A DNA stretch of 63,454 nt, counting the filler, from Rhabdomonas costata (Eukaryota): assembly GCA_019059605.1 (NCBI GenBank). It is 22 parts of 22 records of this genome, joined end to end, with 100 filler letters (N's around TTAATTAATTAA, not from the genome) between each part and the next. Parts side by side here need not be neighbours in the genome. Positions count along the whole stretch, not along the records: positions 23,091 to 25,876 come from JAHMHO010002067.1; positions 25,977 to 28,760 come from JAHMHO010002068.1; positions 28,861 to 31,646 come from JAHMHO010002069.1; positions 31,747 to 34,531 come from JAHMHO010002070.1; positions 34,632 to 37,431 come from JAHMHO010002071.1; positions 37,532 to 40,315 come from JAHMHO010002072.1; 16 more parts are not named here. One strand, given 5' to 3'. Position 1 is the first letter of the stretch. Each line of letters opens with the position of its first letter. A program made the position numbers and the translations under genes. The notes beneath the pieces were generated by a model. It was not told where the DNA came from. It was given only the letters and a program-made list of their open reading frames with translations, and searched no databases. Below, piece after piece: positions 24,718 to 37,600 of the stretch.

Positions 24718-26702
24718 GTGTACCCTTTTCCTTTCAGTCACTGCGGTGACGTTTTGGGTTTTCGGGACCCCGTTTGAACGCTTTTTGAAACGACATGTAG
24801 AACAGCGGGAACCGGGTGGGTCGGTTTGTGGGTGGGTGGGGGCACCGCTGCATAAGTTGTTGGAGAGGATGCGTGACGTACCCCAATGCAATGTTTCGCC
24901 CACAGCCGTCATGTTCCATTTTTGTGACGAGTCCCCATGGTATTTATTGTTTGCACTTTTTATAAAGGGTGATGAAGAAACGAAAGATGTGTGCAAGGGC
25001 ACTGGTGGTTACTCGCCTGAGACTGAAATGGCCGAGCAGGATTTCTGGAAACGTGTTTGGGAACAAAAAAGAGCCAGGGCTCTGAGGAATAATTTACGTT
25101 TTCCTGTACCCTCTGGAATACCTACTCTGGAAAAAGTTCATGACTTGACACTTTCAGACCCACCCATTTTCTGATAATGCACTGCTGCCATCATTCCCGT
25201 CCCTCCCCACGTGTCATTCCTCGCTGACATAAAATTACAAGGCTTGTTTGATGTTTGATGTTTTACCTGTTCCTCGGGTCAGCTTGTGGTCTATTCAATG
25301 GAGGTGATCCGGACTGACGATCGGAAGGCTAGGTGGCAGCAAGGTCGAAAAATATTCCGTCCACTTCCGGCGCTTTTCCCTCAAGAACCCCCCCCCCCGG
25401 AAAATCTTGCACATCAAGGGGCACGAGAAAAACCCTTCAAACCCCTTTTATCCTTCCATAAGCCGATTTGTGCATTGCTGTAGCAGCCGAAGAAAGAGAC
25501 AGAGAGAGAGGTTGGGGAGAAGTCGCTTTACCGAACAAAGTTTAGGGAATTGAGGGAACTTATTGGCGCGAAATTGACATTGAGGGGGGGGGGTAATGAA
25601 ATTTGTCCAAAGGGGGAGTATGTCTTTTGACCTAAGAGAACCTGGTAAACATCCTGGGACCGGAATTGCTCTTTCTCAGTGAAATCCTCGCAGCCCTTCT
25701 CGCAGCTCTAAACCCGGTGAACTCCCCACGTTCCAGTAGTTCCCACGCCACGCCTCACAAGTGCGTCCGAATCCCAACGCTGTTGCGCAGGCTCTTTACA
25801 TGTTTTCATCCCCCCAAGCCCGAGCCTTCGCATTCGGGCTCTGCACCCGTCACCACTGAATGATGCCCACAACCCCNNNNNNNNNNNNNNNNNNNNNNNN
25901 NNNNNNNNNNNNNNNNNNNNTTAATTAATTAANNNNNNNNNNNNNNNNNNNNNNNNNNNNNNNNNNNNNNNNNNNNCTCTCGTTTCTCTCAGTTTCGGGC
26001 CTGGGTGATATGCGATCTGGGTGTTGATTTGTGCCTCCGGGAATTCCGAACTGCTGGTCTCCCTTCTTTTCTGCCATCCTCGTCTGCTTTGGGATGATTG
26101 CGAGCCAAATAGAGACCGCGTTGGGTTCCTTATCTTGCTCGTTTGCGTTTGCGGGTGCTGGCATTGACGTTTGCGTTTGTGGGGGTGCGACGACCCAAAG
26201 CAAATTCTTTTACCAATTCTTTTACATCCATTTCCCTCCATTATTTTACATTGGGTCCGACCGCAACAAACTTTAGTCTCTGTTTTTTGTGTCTAGTATT
26301 TACTGCCACCTGTCTTCCGCTCTTGTGTCTCCTGCTTTCTTCCTCAAAAGGCGCTTTTGTGCTTTGTGCCGCTTACGACCCTGTACAATTGCTTCTCAAA
26401 TGGTGCACTTCCACGCAGTTCCATTGTTCACTCTTTACAATACCTCCTTTTGGCTCCTTTTAGACCAGGTTCCATACTCATGCGAAATCCATCAGCAGCG
26501 CCTGCCAACCGTGACCAAAGGTCCAAAAAAATCAGTTAGCCAGCCACACCACGGAGTGCAGAAATCTTCCATCACAGTCTTTCAACTGTACAAAATGTAT
26601 GTTCTTGAGCGTGTATAGCAGAGATCCAAGGCGACATCTGCACTACGTGGCACCCGGCGCTGCTTTCGTGCAAACACAGTCATTCTCCAAACCAGCTGGA
26701 AT

Positions 26703-27429
26703 TCAAGAGCTGGCCTTCTTGCCACCCTCTTTCCACGAAGCTCGACAGTTGGGGTTCAAGCACACAAAGAACAGTGACATGCTGTCGCCGGTCTCGATTG
26801 GGTTTTGAAAGAAAGTAGCCTCTGAAAAGCCAAGATGCAGAAAGGGACCTTCACACAGGAAGCAAAAGACAGCAAGAACAGACGCTTCCATTTTGCCATT
26901 CAATGCTAAAAAGGAAAAGAAGCAAACGCAACGCACCTCGACCACCGCACTTTTGGCAAAGTGCGGTCCGAGTTTTAGGAAGAGTAGGGTCATCCACGAA
27001 CGTTTCGAGAACATCCTTCATGATGTTTTCGCTGTGGTGGTAGGAAAAATGAATGCACCCGCGAAAAGCACGCACTCCCACCCGGCTATCGCCGTGTAAG
27101 GAAGAAAAGACACAGACTCACCGCCCAGGTGCAAAATTGAGTCACTTAGGGGAACAATGACATCTATGACAGCTCTTGTCAAAAGGTGCAAACTTATACG
27201 AATGAGCTTAAAAAATTAACCGGCAGCCCAGAACGCTGCCTGCCATGCGATTTCGCGCAGGTAAACGGCATTTCCGTAGAGAAAACGAGCATTCACATAC
27301 GAGACGCCTTTCTTCAGCTCATGGCGACAAACTGTGTTAATGGCAGCGTCCTCCACGTACTCGCACTGGTGACACACGAAAAGCAACTTCTTGTTTTTGC
27401 GATCCTCTTTGGGATAGAGCATGTTGTTG
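26703..27429 (-). CDS. RPB9: DNA-directed RNA polymerase II subunit RPB9 (first exon unresolved)
   Basis: Exons 27429-27301, 27031-26937 and 26821-26703 give NNMLYPKEDRKNKKLLFVCHQCEYVE..RHELKKGVS-ENIMKDVLETFVDDPTLPKTRTALCQKCGGR-EATFFQNPIETGDSMSLFFVCLNPNCRASWKE. These contain the NNMLYP, DPTLP, CxxC and FFQ..LFFVCxxxxC signatures. Confidence 0.93.
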
Positions 27430-28617
27430 CTGCGGCAGGACAAGTACACAGGAAGCCGACAAGAGCAAAGTCTGACGTGTCCACGAGGTTTATAGCGCCT
27501 CTGGGTCTAATTCTGTACCTCAGGAAGTCCGAACGGAGCTTCTTCAAAACCTCTTCCTTGCAGCCTTATACTTGTTATTGAAGACGTTGTGTTCTCTCCA
27601 ACTCTAACTAAAACATAAGGTGACCACAGGGTACCAGGAAACGCGTGAAACAATGAACACGTAAAATTACCTATGTCATGAAATTTGCCTTTTGTTTTTG
27701 CTGGGAAAACAAAAAGCAAGAAACACGGGAAAACATATACCACTCTATGCAGAACCGAGTTGTCATGTCACAAAAAGGAGTGGAATTGCAAAACAAACAA
27801 CACTGCAGGAAAAGAGATGCGGACCAGAAAAATGAACGCGACGCAGATCCGTTGACAGCGCTCAGCGCTTTGCGTAGGGGTTGAACATTCGGGACAAAGG
27901 TCCTCGGCAAATTTTTGCGCCTCTTTTCTTTCTGTCATTCGGTTCCTGTTCCCGTTCAAGGTAGTCCAAGGAATCCAAGGAACGCACTTCAAGGGCATCG
28001 AAGCTCATCTGAGCTTCGCACTTCTGGGGGCACCTCAGCACCCTTCCAAGAGCCCAACACGGGCTCACCTCTCCTCACGGGCAACCCTCGGGTGGCCCGC
28101 TGACCGCACGCCAGCCCAGGTGAATCCTTGTTGGTTTCACACTCTTAACCATACCCAGCCATGAGACGTGCTCCTCACCTGGCTTGGGTACATTTGTTGC
28201 CTTTGCCCCCTTTGGAATCACACCACATCCGCGTGTTCTCCATTTCTCTCTAGTTTCCTCTCTATGATTACTTGACCTCCACGCATTCTCCACCAAACGC
28301 TTCTCCTTCGTTGCCAGAGCAAGTTATTGCCTATTGCCCGTACCATGAACAACCTGTGCGCTGCCACTCCGCAAGCCTTAGTCACCAAAAAAGCCCTAGT
28401 AGACCACACAAGCAAACACCTGACAGCTTGGTTTCCGGGGCATGGAGATCAACAAACGAAACCAACGGCGCGCCGAGCACGCCCATTAAATTACAGCAAG
28501 GAGAGGGGTGCAGAGGTAGGGGAAGCAGCCCGCAGTGCGCAAGCCTCCCAGCAGTCTGCTTATGAGAAAGGGAGGGGGAAACCGTCGACGATGGTCTATT
28601 TCCGCTCCTCTGAAACT

Positions 28618-28760
28618 GACGGCCACCTGATGGGCACACCCACTCAACTCTCCCAAGCCCTCGCCGCTCTCCTTCCCGTTCTTGAACACCACGGCCTTTC
28701 GCTGCATTGGTCCAAGTCCCGCGTTTGGGGGGATTCCTCTCTCTTTCCCGATGGCTCTTT
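28618..28760 (+). mobile_element. Fragment of non-LTR retrotransposon RT (CRE/SLACS-like), 5'-truncated, running off the contig
   Basis: DGHLMGTPTQLSQALAALLPVLEHHGLSLHWSKSRVWG matches the post-YxDD pattern DDxxLxGxxxxLxxALxxLxxxxxxxGLxLNxxKxxhW. Base composition shifts abruptly at about 28618. Clade assignment is inference. Confidence 0.6.
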
Positions 28761-29839
28761 NNNNNNNNNNNNNNNNNNNNNNNNNNNNNNNNNNNNNNNN
28801 NNNNTTAATTAATTAANNNNNNNNNNNNNNNNNNNNNNNNNNNNNNNNNNNNNNNNNNNNAAGCAAAGGTAGGTTAGGAAATTGATTTGGATAAAGTCGC
28901 TAAAACCAAGCAATATCAATTCACGATGGAGTTGAATGTTATGTGAACATAAAGCGTAAGTTGCGGAAATCTTCAATTAAAGAGGTAGAGAGACTAATAA
29001 GTAAAGTTGAAAACAGCGTCTGTGGCCGCACGTGCAACGTGTAACACACCAACCGAAATTTAGAAGTTAAATCTGGAGTTTGCAATAATTTAGGCTTCAT
29101 CAGCTGTGTCGCAATAGTCCAGGTTGTTGATTTGGTGTTCCTTGGGGGCTCGTTCGACGTTTTTAGACATCCTGCGCTGCTTTCACCAGAATGTTTATAT
29201 GAGAGATGTAGAATAGAATTTCCTTGGATCTCCTTACTAAGTGTCGGTACATAGTTATTTTGTCATATTCTTGCAATTCCAGCCTTTTATTATGCCGAGC
29301 GTACTAAAACTTTGCTTCGACCTCTCGACACAAGTCGCGAGCAGACATGGAAACAAACATGCAATGAAACAAATAAATTAGATGGTTCAAAACAAAACAA
29401 CAATGACTACTATAACGCTGCAGTTTAGTCGTTAAAGAGCAGTGTTATCTCTTTGAGGGATGTGGTTCCAGCAGAAGTGGAAAACCCTCATTGAGTGGCG
29501 ATCGCGCAGACACTCCTGCATCTCAGTTGTGTAGGTTGATCCCTAGTTGGAAAGCTCGTGATGTCACGGCTTGTAGATCCTTGTTGTTGGTCCCCATCAA
29601 TCACCTGGTGTGTTGCTCGATCTTCTGGATCTCTTTCTCGAGTATCGCTCTCGTTTGTACCACTTACGTTGTACAACACACCTCAGTACATTGCGGTCCT
29701 GTCCTGCACGTGCATCAGCTTCGCTATATTTTCTATTTCACGCTTGGGGAATAATAATTCATTGAGGGACGTTTATTCTTGATCTTCAATGTCCGCTTCT
29801 ATGGTGCTCCGCATCGCGCGCTCGATCTGCCATTACAGA

Positions 29840-30600
29840 TCAGCTGAAGTTGGCGAGGCCACGTCCACCGGAGATGTAGACCAAGCGGCGCTCCTTCTTG
29901 GACCAGACTGACCAGATCTCGCACCGGAGGTTACCACGAGCGGCCTTGAAGGCCTCATACTAGAACCGCGGGTCCCAATCTTTCTTCTGGTCTAAGACAA
30001 TGGTGCGCCCACCCTGGCTCGTGGATGTGGTGGCCTGAGTCAGGGTCAGCTTCTAGGAGGGTAATTCATCATAAATCATCTCTCCATTGTTGGATGTTGA
30101 CTGCCATTCCGATGAGTCGATCAGTTCTTCGAGGAGAAGAACGCTGCTTGATGGCATCCGCGGAACATAAGACTCGGTCAGCCATGGACGGAAGTTTAAC
30201 TTTATGTCATACCAGTGGCAATGGCTGCTATTCCACTCGCCTGGCCGCGACAGTGTTTCTACCATAGGATCCCAGGACTAGAGTTCCTGGCCTTCCTGCA
30301 TCACCTTGTCCGAAACAAACCGCCAGTTTGCCTCCTCATCACTCGTCCATCTAGACCGCAACAGAGATCACTTACAAGCGGAGACAGCGTTTCTGAATAT
30401 TGGCAGCCATGTATGTCACAGATGGCTCCAAAGAACTTCCCAAAGGACGCGAGGAGGTGTTGATGTTGACGCTTAGTTGAACTGCTCTGACTTACTGCTA
30501 CTCCGAGACATTTATATGCTCCTACGAGCAGACAGATATATCTCTCTGGGACACCAGCTGTTCTGCGACCACCAGCACAGCGTCTCATAGACCTCCTCCT
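29840..30600 (-). pseudogene. Decayed intronless reading frame of unknown origin
   Basis: One frame runs about 250 codons with protein-like content (EEVYETLCWWSQNSWCPRE..WTSDEEANWRFVSDKVMQEG..WDPRF*YEAFKAARGNLRCEIWSVWSKKERRLVYISGG) but is broken by scattered stops. No splice signals. Confidence 0.3.
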
Positions 30601-32182
30601 GATATTGCTTTTGAGGTCGATGGTCCTCGTTTATTGACTCAAACTCGGACCTCTGAACAACAAGTGGTCGTATGGGCACGAAATGAACAAGCGTGCTTCG
30701 ATGTGATCGAGTGTCATGTGGGATCTTTCGGGTCTCAGCTCTTCATCAATTGCGCGCTATCAAGAAAGGTGTGACGTTCTGTGTCACTGTACACATCTAT
30801 TACTGGAGCTTTCGTTTCCAAATCCACCTGAATGGGTTGTTCTTCAAGTCTCCGTGGTTCTGGCTGCGATCGATGTTCTGAAGTGACATCGGCGGAGGCG
30901 GCGGACTGTGGGATGTTGCTGTTGTTGCTTATTTTGTCTGCGAGTGATACTCGGGCGCTCGCGGCTGGTGTAGCCTGGAAGTGTGTGTTGCACTGGAGTG
31001 AGTGTTGCGCTGGACCAAAAAAACCTGAATGAATTTGGTAATTAACATGCAACAATGCCGCTGGCATTGTCGGCTCGTGACCTGGTTTGTCGTCCGTCAT
31101 GAGGATAAACGCCCAGACCTTTGGAGAACATATCCAAAGATCCTTCATCCTAATGTCGACTGCGTGCCACATCTGTAAGAGGAAGCGCCGCCAGACTTTC
31201 TTAACCACCGCCAGATGGCATTCCGGAATACTGAAGCCACGGATTCGATGACGTCTCACAAATAGAGTCAGGTCTCGTGGCAGTGCACCAGACGCCACAT
31301 TATGACTCATCCAAGCTGTTATCGTGGTGGACTGAACTCACACCGTACCATTCCTCTTCAGCAAACACATTTGGAGAGGTCACAGATCATCGTGGACATA
31401 TTATGGATGCTCGCGAAGGCATTCTTCAGTCTCTTTCAGGCTGACCACAAACATTAGAATGGTAGAGTCACTGTGGTGCGTACCGCATGGGGACCTCGGC
31501 GGGTGAACGACACTCCGCTTTGGATGATTTGTTGGATGGTGTGACATAAATGAAGAATAACCAAAGAATAACCTTAAGTTATACAAAAGAAATGTTCAAC
31601 ACTTGTACACAACCCCACCTAATTAGAAAGTAAAAGAACAAACCACNNNNNNNNNNNNNNNNNNNNNNNNNNNNNNNNNNNNNNNNNNNNTTAATTAATT
31701 AANNNNNNNNNNNNNNNNNNNNNNNNNNNNNNNNNNNNNNNNNNNNGGTGGTGGGGGGGCAGAAGCAGTACCCAGGGCGCGACTTGAAGAAAGCAAGGGA
31801 AGCCTTGTAAGGTCCCACACGCACGCTGGTAAACCAGAAGAATGACACTGATGACCGAAATTAGCTGGGGGAGTGATGAGTAACAGGTAGTGTGTATGTG
31901 TGTGTGATGGAGCGATTGGGGCATTTGGGCCCGCGAACACTCTTTTACAAAAGGCTTCTTTGGCGGTGATCCTTCCCAAATATGGCCCGTTTCATCTCAA
32001 AAGTTAGGGTGTCCCTCACAAACATCAAACTGTCAGAACTCCGGGGATCACATCAAAATGAATAGTTTCCTTCAGTTGCCACTGCCAGCAAAAATGTGGG
32101 CAATTCTTAGAGGCAGGGGTGTTTTTCTGGTTCATAAACGGCACCCAGCTCACCCACCCAAATTCATCAGGATCAATATATA

Positions 32183-32242
32183 TAAGGATTCGCATAAGGA
32201 TTAAGGATTCTAAGGATTCGCATAAGGACAGAGTATAAGGAT
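32183..32242 (+). repeat. Short irregular tandem repeat with TAAGGA core (6 copies)
   Basis: TAAGGA at 32183, 32195, 32202, 32211, 32223 and 32236, twice as TAAGGATTCGCA. Confidence 0.8.
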
Positions 32243-32453
32243 GGGTTTAAGAACAAAAGATTGTGAACTAAAGTTTTGGAGTTTGTTTGTTGGGCTTTCT
32301 GTGGATTACTGTGGACAACATCATAAAAGTCAAGACTGTTTTTTCGCCCCCGGATTTTATTGCGATGTAACCCCACTCACACGATGGTCGTTTCCAAAAG
32401 GCCCCCCAAGCTATCATGTCTCTGCACCCATGCGTGTAAATCCTCGCCTGTAG

Positions 32454-32648
32454 GCCGTGTCGACCTCCACCCGGCCCTCCTCCACGGGGTTCTCCCCGCG
32501 CTCCACAACAACCCTCCGCAGCTCCTCTGGGGGCATCATGGGGGACTTCCCCCGCAACAGCCCCAGGGCCTCCACAACCTCCACAACGGCCTCTGCGACG
32601 AATCCCCGGAAGAGCGACTACTACCTCCGCCTGCATGCCATGGACTAA
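32454..32648 (+). CDS. Probable terminal exon of an unknown Ser/Thr-rich protein
   Basis: TAG acceptor at 32451-32453, then a GC-rich frame AVSTSTRPSSTGFSPR..NPRKSDYYLRLHAMD ending at TAA. Confidence 0.5.
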   Translation, partial: AVSTSTRPSSTGFSPRSTTTLRSSSGGIMGDFPRNSPRASTTSTTASATNPRKSDYYLRLHAMD

Positions 32649-34215
32649 CAACACACCTCTCGAGTTCACTGTGCCTTTGGAGGATGCCTACTATGCTTTT
32701 GGAGGATGGGTGGTCTACGGCCACTGGAGTGTGCTCACCTGCCTGCTTGCCGGTGGGGGAGGGTTGAGTTTCCTGAATTTGGTGCTTTGTGTGCTGTTGT
32801 AAAAAGGGCCTCTCTCTCCTCTCTTTTTTGGCGCTGTGTTTTTTCAACCCGCATGAAAGATGGCAGCAGGAGGTTAAGGGAAGGCAATTTGAGGCTGCGA
32901 GGTGAAGCGGCAACCAAAGCTGTTCCTGTGTGAATTTCGCCAGAAGCATACGCACGTGGAGTGGCTCGCATCCACATTGTAGTGTGAGCTGCACGCTATC
33001 CCATTCTACCTCACACAGCGGAGGTAACATCACCCCTCGCAGCCTTTTTTACTTCCTCCTCGCCTCGATCGGACTGTCAGCGTGCGTTGTGAATAGGCCC
33101 CCGTGTCATTTAGTGCGAATGTGTACGCCTCTCTCTGTGTGGGTCACGTCTTTACGGAAAATTGTCGAGCAAGCGGAGCACCGGCTCTGGGGAAGTGCCG
33201 TGGGACTCGTTTCCTTTGGACGCTCTGCTTAAGCTTCTCTCTCCCGGTCACGTGGACGGCTGTGCAGTATTATGCTTTGTTTGTGTGTTGAAGCTCTTCC
33301 AACTACCGCCGGGCAGACTGCTTTCACTGGGACGCGGACATACTATTTTAGTGTCGCTTACATTTCGCATCAATCGCTACCTGAACTTAGTGGGGTAGTG
33401 ATAATGTTCGCTATTGATTTCAAAAACACGATGATATCAGAACGGATTACAGGAAGCAATGGTTGAGTACCCAATGCCCAATGATAGCAGCTCGGAGCGC
33501 ACAAAAAAACGCATCAACAGACGTGAGGCGCAGTGGGTCAATATAACAAGCAGGATGCACTTATTTTTCACGTCACTGCGACATGGGCCACTGTGGTGCC
33601 AGTGTATTTATTTCTCCCCCCCCCCCTCCAGCTGTGAACTGGTGGTTTTGTGGCCCCTTCCTTGAAGTGCAGTGGGTTAGGGATGCGATGCGCGCGTCCC
33701 CTGGTATTCCAAGCTTTTGCAGGTTTTAGGTTGCGATGCACGTGGGGACTTCCAAGAGAAGTACCTTGGTTGGTTTGTGAAGACGCACGTTCGTTCGGGT
33801 TTGAATGGGTTGTGGGAGGGCGAGGAGACATAAAATTTTCCGGCAGTGTTGATGGAACATAACTGAGCGCAGCAGTAATTGGAGCGGGGAGCGGGGGCCC
33901 GGGGGCGAACATATTTACGAAGGGAGAAATCCAGCTGCAGAGGATGCCAAGCAGACAGAAAGGGGAAGAAAATCGAAGGCAGGCCTTTGCATTCCGCCCT
34001 TACTTTAAATTTTTCGTTGTTCCACTGTAACGCAGTTTCCGTCCAACCTGTTAAATCCGACGAATTTTCTTTTGTTGAGTTTTTGCTGCCCTCGCGACCG
34101 CATCATCTCAACACTCCTCCACTGTCACTGCTCCCTTTTTCTTCCCCACCCATTTACACACGCAAAACGCTCACGTTCGAAATAACCGAATCCCATACAC
34201 ACCCCTCGTGCCACG

Positions 34216-34315
34216 ATGTACGGCTACCTGTGCCTTCGCAAGGCCTACCTCCTGTGGGCAAAGATGTATGTGCAGCTGGATGAGTCTCTTGGGGCCCTGA
34301 CCCTGTCTGCATCGC
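34216..34315 (+). CDS. Probable first exon of a PH-domain protein
   Basis: MYGYLCLRKAYLLWAKMYVQLDESLGALTLSASP resembles PH strands b1-b3 (GYL..W..hYh.L). The exon end is approximate. Confidence 0.45.
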
Positions 34316-34648
34316 CGATCTTTTCCTGCGGTGTGTTGTATGTGATGTGCTCATCGGTGTGGTGCTCTTCTTCGCACCTTTTGTACCGCCCACATTTCTT
34401 TTGCATTTGGTACTACTGCCCCTCACCTCATTCTTGTTCCATCCTTTGGTTGCCCTTGTAGCCAATCCGACTTTACCGCTGTTCGTTCTGGGTTTTGGGG
34501 ACTTGTATGCACAGTTAGGGGGGGGGGTCACNNNNNNNNNNNNNNNNNNNNNNNNNNNNNNNNNNNNNNNNNNNNTTAATTAATTAANNNNNNNNNNNNN
34601 NNNNNNNNNNNNNNNNNNNNNNNNNNNNNNNGGTTGTTTGTCAGGCCA

Positions 34649-34689
34649 GTTTGTTTGTTTGTTTGTTTGTTTGTTTGTTTGTTTGTTTG
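34649..34689 (+). repeat. (GTTT)10 microsatellite
   Basis: Seen directly. Confidence 0.95.
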
Positions 34690-37600
34690 CTCCCACCTGG
34701 GAGAGGCATCCCCCCCCCCGATCCTTCTCCATAAAATGTCATTCCCTTTCGTTTTGTGTGCTTTAGTTTGGTGCTTTGTTTGTGTTACTGCACTTTTTCA
34801 GACGGCATCAGATAACAGATCTCCCTTCCATACAGTTCCCTCAGGTTCTCCCCCGCAACGAGCGCTTCACAGAGGTCCAGAAGAAACTCGGGCTGAAGGA
34901 CCCGTGACTCTCTACTCCCTCTCACATTGCACCGCATGACATCAGTCAGAGCCTCACGAGTTCACCTCTTTGCCCTCATTCATACCCTCACTGTGCCGTC
35001 CAGGAGCTTCATTGGGACGGAATGGAGACCTACCTTCCAACCGTTATCTCAACTTTTCTTTCTGTTTTGCCCCACCTTCCCTTAACTTTTCGCTTGAAAA
35101 TGTCTGTGCACCCCCGTGGTGGCATCCTTTACCTGAAACAACCTAGCAGAAGAGGCGGGCTCATTTATGAGACAACGCCATGCCCCACCCACAAACCCCC
35201 TCGCGGCGCTGGGATGATATCCTGGGCTCCTTGGTCCGGAGGTGTTGCTGTAGCCATTGAACCCAGTGCGGGTGGCCCACTGAATTTGAAAGTGGATTCG
35301 GGTGGACAGGTGGATTCGGGGATACATGTGACGTGTGCATTCGTGCATACAAAAGGGAGACCGCTGACGTTAAGGCTGTATTAAGGAGACTGCGGTATTT
35401 CCTCAAAAGTTCTCCGAAAGCAAACAGTGCAACCATTCGAACTAAAAACTAGCACTGTGAATGGATCCCTTCCCGTGCAGCGAACGCCATCAATCGTCAG
35501 CAAAATCCAACTTGGAAACAGAATTATGCAAAGCGACAATGAGTGGTGAAGTGCAAGGCCAAAGGAGAAAGGGACAGGGATACAGACCCAACCCGGAACT
35601 CGAACACAGTCACACAGCCTCTGCATATGCGACGCCTACGGAAGGGGAGGAGCTCACATGCTCGCACAACAAAAACGTGTGAACCAAAGGTACTCCCAGA
35701 GCAAACCAGAGGCGCTAAAGTAAAGCAAACGTCACTGAACCCCGCACACGGAATACATACACCTTTCCATCGCCCTAATTCTCAGAGAAAAGGGGAAACG
35801 AGGATGAAAGAAAAACGGGAAAGAACAAACCGGTGGGGCCTAAAGATAAAGAATGATAGTATCGCTCTCAGGAGTTTTAAACTTTTAAACTAATAGTAGC
35901 GGACAGGTCGGTCTATAACTTTCCTTGGACGGGTGGTTGTGTTAAGCAGTTGCACGAAGCAAGATGACTGGATTCAACAGATAGAACGCGTAGAATGTAA
36001 AAAAGTTGCACCTGACCTTTACAAATAAGACAGCAAATGTCCTCCGCCCCCTCACCCATAGCCATACCAAACTCCTGATCCATGCCACATTCCTATGTGC
36101 TTCTGGTGTGCTTCTGGTGCGAAGCCCCACCGGCACAGCTTCCACAACACGCTCGAAATTTCATGACAGAATACCACGAAACGCATTCCTCATCTTCCCA
36201 CCGCTTCGGTTCGCTGGGAGCTGAGAAGCCCTGCTCCACAGACGTCCCCTCACACTCTCTTCCTTTCTTGCCTTCGTTCTTTTATTCATCGCCGCCACCC
36301 TCTTCATCGCTCTGGCACTCGGCATAGTAGATACACGTGGGCTGGTGGTGGTGGTTGCCTCTCCGCAGGATTTCCGCGCACGGGGCTAGGCACCTCCAGC
36401 AAAACTCATGCCCACATCCTCCTGACAAATAAATCCGCGCACGCCCCCCACACACAGTTGGGATGCGATGCCTACCTGCTTTCTACAGCTATGTTTACTG
36501 CCTTGGCAGCTTTGTGTTCTGATGAAGACAAGTTATGCTTTGGGGTCCGGATGAGTAAACGTATACCGTACAATTTTCCTGTTCCTTTCACTGCTCTTAT
36601 TGGAGATACAAAATTTGAATTTGCAGTCACGCCTGCCAGAGCCGGGAGGCAAGCCAGGACTGGATTCGCTTTCTTACTTCGGTTCCGCTAAGCCTGGAAA
36701 CAGCGCGGGTGTGTGAGATGGAAAGTCTCATACGTGCCCACTTCATCTTCACTTCGTCACCAAACTTGTAAACCAAACGCGGGCGGGAGCTTCAGCAGTG
36801 AGCGAAAGCTAAGCCTAAAGGGTCACGAAATTTGGTGCAAGAGCGTTCTAGCCCCCGTTCTGCGAGCAGGGAATGAAACGACTTTGTACGGGCAGAACTG
36901 CAGAGCGCAGGACAGCCGAGAAACCTATCAACCCACGTGCATAATTAGTGTCTGAAAACGTTGAAAAGGCAGCACAAATTTCTTCCAAGCACTAACTACA
37001 ATACAGAAAAATATTTCCAGTGAATAGGGATTTTTTCCGCGCATAGAGGAGCAAGCATTGGGATTGAAACACCCGGGGACACGCGTTAAAGTCATGGCAT
37101 AGGTAATGGTCATAACCAGGACTCGTGAGAAAATCCTTGCTACGGCGAACTCATCGGATTTCGCGAACCACGACAACGCCGAGCACAGCGGATCACAGAG
37201 ATACAAAAATGGAATTGCAGGCTTGCAGAGGGGGGACTCCCGCTTTGGGTCAGTATACCCTGGCACTATCCACATATTCCACCCACACCACCCCTACCCC
37301 CTCTCCTCCCCATACACACCGCGATTAAAAGCAAAGAGTCGCCAGCAAGAATGATGGTACAAGAACCTGGAGCCACAGACTTGGGTAACCCATACCATGT
37401 ACTCGCCCTATCAACTCACATGCAAACCCATNNNNNNNNNNNNNNNNNNNNNNNNNNNNNNNNNNNNNNNNNNNNTTAATTAATTAANNNNNNNNNNNNN
37501 NNNNNNNNNNNNNNNNNNNNNNNNNNNNNNNGGGGGTGGGTGAGGAGGCAGTGGGGGACGGGCCGACGCGCCCAGACGCGAACGCAGCACCCAGCCCTTC

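Noticed and set aside
29840-30600. In-frame stops as evidence of stop-codon reassignment
   Set aside because: All three stop types are mixed, and the conserved host genes (CWC27, ACSL, RPB9, EFHC) have no in-frame stops; modelled genes end in standard TGA/TAA.
32183-32242. Repeat cluster as a mini CRISPR array
   Set aside because: Units are 6-12 bp with no unique spacers, there are no cas genes, and the context is eukaryotic.
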